A stretch of DNA of 64,000 nucleotides, from NCBI RefSeq assembly GCF_003918875.1, contig NW_025767146.1, positions 1,922,001 to 1,986,000 on the forward strand, written 5' to 3'. Positions 54,200-64,000 of this stretch are shown here, piece after piece. The position numbers were made by a program, and so were the translations under genes. Within the stretch, counting starts at the first letter, position 1. The number at the start of each line of letters is the position of its first letter. The stretch is from Haliotis rubra (Eukaryota). The notes beneath the pieces were generated by a model. The model did no database searches. It was not told where the DNA came from and was given only the letters and a program-made list of their open reading frames with translations.

Positions 54200-55635
54200 A
54201 GAAGGCAGGGGAAGGGGGAGGGACAGCTGTAGGATATATTATAGTGACTCGATCGACGGGAGGAGAGGGGGGAGGGACAGCTGTAGGATATACCAAGGTG
54301 AATCTATCGACGGAAGGAGAAGGGGGAGGGACAGTTGTAGGATATACCATGGTGAATCTATCAACGGGAGGAGAAGGGGGAGTGACAACTGTAGGATATA
54401 CCAAGGTGAATCTATCGACGGGAGGAGAAGGGGGAGGGACAGCTGTTGGATATACCAAGGTGAATCTATCGACGGGAGGAGAAGGGGAGGACAGCTGTTG
54501 GATATACTATCGTGACTCTATCGACGGGAGGAAAGGGGAGGACAGCTGTAGGATATACTATCGTGAATCTATCGACGGGAGGAAAGGGGAGGACAGCTGT
54601 AGGAAATACCAAGGTGAATCTATCGACAGGAGGGAAGGGGAGGGACAGCTGTAGGATATACTATCTTGACTCTATCGACGGCAGGGGAAGGGAAGTGACA
54701 GCTGTAGGATATACCAAGGTGAATCTATCGAAGGCAGGGAAAGGGGAGGGACAGCTGTAGGATATACCAATAGGATATACCAAGGTGAATCTATCGACGG
54801 GAGGGGAGGGGAACAGCTGTAGGGATATACCAAGGGTGAATCTATCGACGGGAGGAGAAGGGGGGAGTGACAGCTGTAGGGTATACCAAGGTGAATCTAT
54901 CGATGGAGGGGAAGGGGAGGGACAGTTGTTGGATATACCAAGGTGAATCTATCGACGGGAGGGGAAGGGGGAGTGACAGCTGTAGGATATACTATCGTGA
55001 CTCTATCGAAGGCAAGGGAAGGGGGAGTGACAACTGTAGGATATACCAAGGTGAATCTATCGACGGGAGGGAAAGGGGGAGGGACAACTGTAGGATATAC
55101 TATAGTGACTCTATCGAAGGCAGGGAGGGAAGGGGAGTGACAACTGTAGGATATACCAAGGTGAATCTATCGACGGGAGGGGAAGGGGGAGGGACAGCTG
55201 TAGGATATACCAAGGTGAATCTATCGACGGGAGGGGAAGGGGGAGGGACAACTGTAGGATATACCAAGGTGAATCTATCGACGGGAGGGGAAGGGGGAGG
55301 GACAACTGTAGGATATACTATAGTGACTCTATCGAAGGCAGGGGAAGGGGGAGTGACAACTGTAGGATATACCAAGGTGAATCTATCGACGGGAGGGGAA
55401 GGGGGAGGGACAACTGTAGGATATACCAAGGTGACTCTATCGAAGGCAGGGGAAGGGGGAGGGACAACTGTAGGATATACCAAGGTGACTCTATCGACGG
55501 AAGGAGAAGGGGGAGGGACAACTGTAGGATATACCAAGGTGAATCTATCGACGGGAGGGGAAGGGGGAGTGACAGCTGTAGGATATACTATCGTGACTCT
55601 ATCGAAGGCAAGGGAAGGGGCGTGACAGCTGTAGT
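54200..55635. repeat. ~54-bp G-rich minisatellite (ACArCTGTAGGATATACCAAGGTGAATCTATCGACGGGAGGGGAAGGGGGAGGG), about 26 copies
   Basis: Direct periodicity; many units carry four G-runs. Confidence 0.92.
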
Positions 55636-56491
55636 CACTATGGTGACTGTCGAGAGGATCTAGGACGGCAACTGCATCATATAAAGGACGTGGGCATGCA
55701 TTTCAGGACAATGTCAGTATGATTAATACGTTAGTTTACAGCCAGGTGGCGTTGTCCGGGCGGTCGCTGCGTGCACTTACCTTGTGACGGGGACTAGTCA
55801 GGTTGTAGAACACTGGTCTACAGGTCGTAATAGGCATGCGCAGTAAGAAGATATAGGCCTCATTCGCATAACTATAGCAGATGGTTGTGACACTGGTCTA
55901 CCCGCATGCATACAAGCAGAAGCACAAAGTAGGGTAATAGGTCTCCTAATTCAGCATTCTCATCATGCCGATAAAACATGCTTAGAAACCGCAGAATGAG
56001 ATCAAATTCATAAATGGAGTTAATAAAATGATACAAAACATTTCACATTTTTACAAATAACTCTAAGGAACCTTCTAAATACATTTGAATGTGTTATTTC
56101 ACTGGAAGATCACGTATTATAGTATACAGGCCAAAACAATACAAACATGGTAATACTCACCTCTGCAACATGTTGTCATTCATACACATGAATTCACGAA
56201 AGCACAAATTTAGCTCAAATTACAAATGCTATATACATATTAAATTATTTGTTAGTTATGTATGCATTTTACCGGATGTATCTAATAAAAGACTCCAATT
56301 TTCAAATAATGGGTACTACAGAATACATTACATTCATATTCATGTACTCGATACACGATACACGCACACATGCACACGCACACGCACACCCTAACGCACA
56401 TGGTAGCCCAAACACTGTTGGTACCCGTACTGACATAATATCCCAAATACTTTACAGATATGTTTGCGTCAGTTTACATCCAACATCCTAT

Positions 56492-58213
56492 GCAGATCTG
56501 CAGGTGCCCTAAACTCACCTAATTTCAAAAATACTATACAGATCTGCAGGTTCCCTAACTCACCTAATTTCAAAAATACTATACAGATCTGCAGGTGTCC
56601 TAACTCACCTAATATCCAAAATACTATACAGATCTGCAGGTGCCCTTACTCACCTAATATCCAAAATACTATACAGTTCTGCAGGTTCCCTAACTCACCT
56701 AATTTTGAAAATACTATGCAGATCTGCAGGTTCCCTAACTCACCTAATTTTGAAAATACTATGCAGATCTGCAGGTGCCCTAACACATCTAATTTTGAAA
56801 ATACTTTGCAGATCTGCAGGTTCCCTAACTCACCTAATTTCAAAAATACTATGCAGATCTGATGGTGCCCTAACACATCTAATTTTGAAAATACTTTGCA
56901 GATCTGCAGGTGCCCTAAACTCACCTAATTTCAAAAATACTATACAGATCTGCAGGTGCCCTTACTCACCTAATATCCAAAATACTATACAGATCTGCAG
57001 GTGCCCTTACTCACCTAATATCCAAAATACTATACAGATCTGCAGGTGCCCTTACTCACCAAATTTCCAAAATACTATACAGATCTGCAGGTGCCCTTAC
57101 TCACCTAATATCCAAAATACTATACAGATCTGCAGGTTCCCTAACTCATCTAATTTTGAAAATACTATGCAGATCTGCAGGTGCCCTAACACATCTAATT
57201 TTGAAAATACTTTGCAGATCTGCAGGTGCCCTAAACTCACCTAATTTCAAAAATACTATAAAGATCTGCAGGTGCCCTTACTCACCTAACATCCAAAATA
57301 CTATACAAATCTGCAGGTACCCTTACTCACCTAATATCCAAAATACTATACAGATCTGCAGGTGCCCTTACTCACCTAATATCCAAAATACTATACAGAT
57401 CTGCAGGTGCCCTTACCTAATATCCAAAATACTATACAAACCTGCAGGTGCCCTTACTCACCTAATTTCCAAAATACTATACAGATCTGCAGGTGCCCTA
57501 AACTCACCTAATTTCAAAAATACTATACAGATCTGCAGGTGCCCTTACTCACCTAATTTCAAAAATACTATGCAGATCTGCAGGTGCCCTAATACATCTA
57601 ATTTTGAAAATACTTTGCAGATCTGCAGGTGCCCTAAACTCACCTAATTTCAAAAATACTATACAGATCTGCAGGTGCCCTTACTCAACTTATATCCAAA
57701 ATACTATACAGATCTGCAGGTGCCCTTACTCACCTAACATCCAAAATACTATACAGATCTGCAGGTGCCCTTACTTTCCTAATATCCAAAATACTATACA
57801 GATCTGCAGGTGCCCTAAACTCACCTAATTTCAAAAATACTATACAGATCTGCAGGTGCCCTTACTCACCTAACATCCAAAATACTATACAGATCTGCAG
57901 GTGCCCTTACTCACCTAACATCCAAAATACTATACAGATCTGCAGGTGCCCTTACTCACCTAATATCCAAAATACTATACAGATCTGCAGGTGCCCTTAC
58001 TCACCTAACATCCAAAATACTATACAGATCTGCAGGTGCCCTTACTCACCTAATATCCAAAATACTATACAGATCTGCAGGTGCCCTTACTCACCTAATA
58101 TCCAAAATACTATACAGATCTGCAGGTGCCCTTACTCACCTAATATCCAAAATACTATACAGATCTGCAGGTGCCCTTACTCACCTAATATCCAAAATAC
58201 TATACAGATCTGC
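56492..58213 (-). repeat. 45-bp minisatellite, about 38 copies, duplicating the last ~28 nt of the S1 exon plus its 5' splice site
   Basis: The unit on the minus strand is CAGATCTGTATAGTATTTTGGATATTAG|GTGAGTAAGGGCACCTG. The first copy encodes QICIVFWIL-G of the real exon. Confidence 0.96.
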
Positions 58214-58446
58214 ACATGAGTGATGAGAGTACTGGCTGGGCGGAGGGTTTCCTTCAAGATATTCTGTATCTTCTCCTCGCTGCTGAGATGGGCGTACTTG
58301 GTTTCATTCATCTCAGTCGTGGAGGTGATTGTCTCCCCTGACTCGGTGATGCGGAACGTGGCGGCCGCCAGGAGGATAAGGAAACAGATGTGTGACGTCG
58401 TGTGCGTGATGAACTTCGTCACCGGGCAGCGCATGATGCGCCCAAA
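58185..58446 (-). CDS. TRPC: TRPC exon: pre-S1 helix, S1, S1-S2 loop and start of S2 (FGRIMRCPVTKFITHTTSHICFLILLAAATFR...ICIVFWIL)
   Basis: G..MR.P..KFI.H..S...FL.LL motif of TRPC S1. Acceptor tttcccttcag, donor TAG|GTGAGT, 262 nt, phase 0-1. Confidence 0.95.
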
Positions 58447-61400
58447 CTGAAGGGAAATAAGTAACAGCTAGGAGACACAATGTAAGTGAGTGGGTGGGTA
58501 TATTAATTAGCTCATGTGGCAAAAACTAACAAACAAATATCCAAATCAAACAGGATTCTATTCTCGTCAATATGTCTGTTGTCTGAATTCCTAATTTGCT
58601 GCTGTCGTTGTGTGACGTCACAATATTACAGTAATATGACGGATGACTTTGAATGAGTTAGAGTGGACTAGATAAACCTGTGATTGATATCCCGAACATC
58701 ATAGCCATACTGGGGTACGACGACACACGATGAACCCAGTACTTGAGTCTGACTCCAGCTGCAGGTAGTTTGCCTGAATGTACTGGGGATCGTTTCTAAA
58801 CCCCGAGAAGGAATATTTGCAACTGCCACTGTGAAGGTTCCAGTCTGAAGGTTTGGAATCGTGAGTTTACGCGTCTACCTGGTGGGTAGGTTGCTAATAG
58901 CGGTGTAAAACCTATATAAATCATTAAGAAACATCTAAGATGTGCCTTCTCCAGCCATGAACCTGACTAGATGACATCTAGGTCAGCAGATGAGTAGCTT
59001 ACAATATTACCGAAGTCGAAGAGGTCCGTATTACCAGAAGATATGCCACAATGTTGCATTCCCCTTCAAAGATGCCTTCAATGACAAACATAGGCCCGAG
59101 ACATGTCAACCCCTGTGCCTCGCGCAACAAAGTTATCTGTCGCAAGCCTATGTGAAGCTAAGTGAGTTACGATCATCCAGGATCGCTTTGTTGAATGGTG
59201 GCATCGAAGTGACTGTCATACAGGTCTCAATGATCTGTCGCATTAATTTTGATTCACCAAGTGAACTGCCGAGGGGCAGGAATTTTGCATCCATGTTTGA
59301 AGGTCGCTAAACATGACACAATCAAGAGATGGTTGTACAGTGGTGATTATATTGCGGCTTGGGCCATACATTTGTAGAGCTTCGGCGATGGTATTGGCGA
59401 TGGTGTATCCTTCCTTTCACCCGTTAGTTTACTAGTGTGGGTTACTGGTCACTGCAATGTTTACACAGAACCGACCTCTTGGGAGGAATGGACGAATCAA
59501 AGATCTTGCGAAGAAAGTTTCGTCGAAAGTAAAGATTCATCAGGGTGCTTTTGCACAAAGTGATCTTAGCGCTGAGGTGACTGTAACTACCACACCTTAA
59601 CATAGTCTTACGACAGACTTAACGCTAAGATTGTTTTGTACAACGGCACCCAGGACATAAATACAACCGACAAAACCCTTTCCATTATACCAGGTGTCTT
59701 GCCAACAGCATATCCTGCCCCACAGGTGGTACATGTCACAAACACATGCAAAGGCAAGTCATTTGTTCACCCGAATAAAACATGGAAACAAAATTATGGT
59801 GAGACTTAAGTCAAAGTTACGTTTCACTAGACATAATTTTGTCCACTACATAAGTTTTTAAAAAGTTTTACTTGAATGTCTTATCCCTGATCAAAGTCGT
59901 GTCGCTCTCCTTGATTTTTCGCTGCACAGTAGGTACAAGGTGACTGCACTGTTACCACGATGTACCCAAAGACACCGATACCAAAGAAGCAGCTGGAACA
60001 TTGTGCTGAACAAACAGACGGAAAGCTGACATTGGAAACTAGATGTCGTCTTTGTCACACAGTCTTTAGGGATTTCGAGGAAAAATAACTTTTGGCTACG
60101 TATGCAATTAACATCTCATGTGATAACATTCACTCCAAGCACTGCCAGGACGCCGTAGCGACATGACAACGTTCTTTTCACGTGATATCTCCCTTGTCTG
60201 CAAACATTGTAATCATCAGGTGCCCGAACCCGAAAACTATCACGCTCCAGAATGTTCTTGATTTAATTTTAGCCACAACCTTAGAATTACAGTATTAAAG
60301 AGCGAAACTAAATGTTCGATTTTTACGACGTTGAGTCCAATCTTTTATGTTGGTCTGGAACAGGCTTTCAGTGTTCTGTAAACAGATCATCTTCCATTTT
60401 ATAGACGGGAGTTAACCAAAGAAGCTGACTACTCTCCTGTCGTTCTTCAGAATCTTCAGCATCGCCAACATCGTCTCTCGGGGGGACGAGGAGCCAGATG
60501 GGTGTACAGTTTGGTGTAAAACAATTATTGACAGATATGGTAACTGTTAATCGCAAAAGATTAAGGTAAAATGTTCATAAAATGTTTTGATTCAAAATAC
60601 TAATTTAATGTAATGGAGGCAATACAGGAGACAACCAAACCAAGGATTTGTGTTGTGTTACGGTAATTAAACCAGTGCAGATCCAAATGTTCCCGGGTTT
60701 CTGTACAGACAGATGATCTACATTAATATGATTTGATATCTTATATGTTGGTTTGCAACATATCTACTGACCAAACATTTTCACGCCATATCCTCTGACA
60801 GAAGCGAATGTATGACGAAAGTAAAAAGCCTTAATTCTTACTGACTTGTGACCCCTCCCCATCATGACCCTCACGGACATATTGGAAATACTTCACGACA
60901 GTTGGTCTTCTTTTCCTTCCAACTATTTACGTGTATACGCTTCATCATGTCAATTCTGTTCAGCATTCAGGTGATATACATGGCGCTCATTCGTCTCCTG
61001 GGATAAACAAAATCGCTACCAATTGCATTAAGGCTGCATAAACTGGGAGGAGGAAGTACAAGATGGTCATTCTGACCCGCAATGCTGTCGTAGGTGTATG
61101 ACCGTCCTGGGAGACGACTAGGTAAGCTCTGTCTGTCCCGTGTACTGAAGACGAACTGCAGGGCAAATGAGAGTATAAACCATGTTTGACGGTGGCAATG
61201 ATTTAACAAGGCACGCTAAGGATGACGTAATGGACCACGTGGTCCTGGTATTGTCTGGTACGTGTGAAGTGGCTCACAGATTCCAGACATTCAGCCTAGA
61301 AATGCTTTGACAACATTTGTATGTTTTTGGCCAAATCCAATTTTCAAGCATGTAATTTTTAGCCCGGCACTGCACTTTACTGCCTATTCAGCCATTCTAC

Positions 61401-63787
61401 CAATTCACAAATACGTTTTCATGTCAACGGTTCCCAAGTTGTGAATCGAATGCCTCTTTAGACAATGTTTCAAGTGTATGATGCCTTGTGAGCACCAAGT
61501 TTGAAGAAAGTCAACAGTGATATAGGCCGTGCACGTGTCTCCCCACGTGGCCACCCGTGACCCACTTATTGGCAGACTGGCTTGGCATCGGTACATAAAG
61601 CACAACAAAGCGCCAGTACCGGATGAATATTCATGAAACTTCTCTTTCAAAAGATGGATAGCTTAATGGATATGTGGCAGTTTCGTTTGCCGACGAATTT
61701 TGATCCGAAGTATACAACAGTTGACGGATTGTAGTTCTGGTCGACTACAGGCAGATACGCGTGTGTTTAACCCGTCTGAGTCCATCTAATGTCAGATGTA
61801 GAAGAGAGTAACTGATCACTCAGTCTATAGGTCGTTAATTTAACCATAAAGTACTTGCGATAAATGAGCCTCTGTTTCCATCCCCGGTATCATACCCCTA
61901 TATACGGGGCTGGCGTGCTTAGTGCAATCTTATCTCATCTGACAGTCGCTGATTGTCCTTACAACGCTAAAGAGGCTGACATGACGTGATAATTTCAACA
62001 ATAAAATGGGTTCAATTTTGATCAAGGAGCCAAGTGATTTCAATCTGACAGCAAAAAAAACCGTTAATCCGTTCTCAGTTATTGGCAACGACCCCTCTGG
62101 TTGAGTTAGACATTACAGTGACAATAACTACCACATCGATTGGCACTGCCAGCTTTCCCTGGCCTTGCACCTCCCAGTAATAACGGACCAGCAGTGTCAG
62201 GAGCCGGTAGTTGGCCCCCACCGACAGTAGTCCACATATCTGAATACACATCTAGCCCCTCCTAGCTGAGAAGGAAGATTAAAATTTAAGACAAGTCTTT
62301 AAATTAGCTTTAGAGAGTGAAATCTAAGATGTTGAAGTTTCTGATTTAGGAAAAAAACTGGCGAAGTGAAGATGAGTTAGGAAAAGAAGTAGGGTGTAGA
62401 GGCCCGGTTGAGATTGATCGCCTGGCGCAGGGCTATGGGGTGATCTACAACCATCTGGGAAACCAAATAGGATCCAGAGTCCACTGATGACCGGTCGGTG
62501 CATCAGGTTGTACTGATTTATAGACTTAAAGAGGCTGTGTATCGATAACCAATCATTCCCGCCTTATAACCGGAAACAATCAGCGGACATTACACTGGCG
62601 CATGCTGGGTAGGCCGGTTCTGACGGTGTTGTAGGTCACGTGACATCACGCCTGGCCGCGTCACCGGATGTGGAGCTCCATGTTAGGAGTTCCAATATGT
62701 TGCAATATGGATCAGAGTGACTCAAAATAGCAAGTGTGCAAGAACAAGATAAGCATGGCATTCACCCAGTATATCACAAATAGATATATTATCTAATGGT
62801 CTTTTATTCACCTATTAATGAAGTAAAGATCCTAAAGCATCAATCGATGTAAATAATGACAGGGAAAAAGTTGGAAGCACATGTCAGAATTCGAATCCAG
62901 ATCCAATGGCTTCAAATCACTGCAACGCATCATCACGGTGTCCAAGACCGCCGTCAGCACCCCCGTCATGCAGTAGACGCATAAGCTTCTCGAATGTGGG
63001 ACTTACAGTCAACAGGAGGTAAACCTCATTTGAAACTTAGACTCATAAACAGTCGGCAAAGCTTCCTTATCTACATGAGCAGTCCGATACATTGATACGT
63101 TTCTGTCGTTATTCTGTGCGCGACTGATTACTTCCATGGTAGTTGATAAGCCAACAGCACATCAATACAGCTCATGTTGGTATATGTGCATTCCCAGCAT
63201 GAAGTCTCTTGCAACAAATATCTTCGACTGATGACGTAAAAAACCCGCATATACTCAAACCTGTAAAAGTGACCCTATATAACACCCCGGTGTGTATGAC
63301 GTGTAGGCTCTGTGGCGACACTTACAGTTGGAAACGCTCTCAGTTTTCTCACATAACCAACACCGGCGATACCTCTGAGCAGCAAATAGTCAGAAAAGTA
63401 CGACAGATACTAAACGCCAGTGGTCATATACTTCATTCACATCAGTTTCTACCTTTCGATCCTGAAAACAAACAGCCCGGTAATTGTTCATACCAGCCAG
63501 TATTAGTCGTTTAAATGATTATTTGTTTTAATCTTTTTTTTGTAACAGTTCGCGACATACAAACCTTATACTGTCTTAATATTGTCTGAATTATTATGTC
63601 ATATACTCTCAAATCCACTGTCCTTACCATACCTTTCTTTACCTAGAAGGGTTGCCTTAGAGTACATTAGGGATATTGTGTTCCACGTGACGTATTATCA
63701 AGTCATAATGTCATGACAGTATAATGTCATTTTGTCACCTACATCATTTCCAGATTTCTTTGAGGGGCATTTTAGAAGTTGAGTTGA

Positions 63788-63973
63788 TGAAGAATGATGA
63801 CAACTTGTGTGGTTATACAACTTCTATATTCTGTATAGGGGACGTTTCGACATAGATTCTAATGTCGTTGTCAAGCAAGTGACAACGACATTAGAATCTA
63901 TGTCGAAACGTCGCCCTTCAAAGAATAAAAGAAGTAACTGTTGTATATCCATAAAAATTGTCATCATTCTTCA
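63788..63973. repeat. Long inverted repeat with a perfect 33-bp core stem
   Basis: GACGTTTCGACATAGATTCTAATGTCGTTGTCA-agcaag-TGACAACGACATTAGAATCTATGTCGAAACGTC at 63841-63912. Outer arms are TGAAGAATGATGACAA and TTGTCATCATTCTTCA. Confidence 0.9.
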
Positions 63974-64000
63974 TTTCAAGATGACGTTATTGCAAGCCAA

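Noticed and set aside
52613-57828. Long repetitive ORFs (up to 252 aa) as real repeat proteins
   Set aside because: They arise from unit lengths divisible by 3, are open on both strands or in several frames, and lie inside a TRPC intron.
58447-64000. Upstream TRPC exons (ankyrin repeats, pre-S1 elbow)
   Set aside because: No TRPC-like translation found. A candidate near 62171-62239 has splice-like ends but no family resemblance, so these exons probably lie beyond the window.

Overview
This is eukaryotic, intron-rich animal genomic DNA, not prokaryotic. The SINE and minisatellite landscape suggests a marine invertebrate such as a gastropod mollusc (inference). The only protein-coding gene I can support is the 3' part of a TRPC-family (canonical transient receptor potential) cation channel on the minus strand, spanning about 58446 to 28480. 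I rebuilt it by hand from GT-AG splice sites with consistent phases. It covers pre-S1/S1, S2-S3, the S3-S4 loop, S4-S5, the pore (LFW), S6, the TRP box (EWKFAR...LPVPFN) and a C-terminal coiled coil; the ankyrin-repeat exons must lie beyond the right edge. Highlights: (1) a tandemly duplicated, intact 157-nt S2-S3 exon pair, one copy missed in-frame by the ORF track, with the hallmarks of mutually exclusive splicing; (2) two candidate symmetric cassette exons in the extracellular pore-to-S6 loop; (3) two minisatellite arrays that are amplified copies of the gene's own exon/5'-splice-site junctions, creating dozens of decoy donors. The rest consists of a 13.6-kb 70-bp satellite, many other minisatellites, tRNA-derived SINEs, a MITE, a decayed Tc1-like transposase and a long palindrome. 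Nearly all short ORFs in the ORF track are repeat artefacts.
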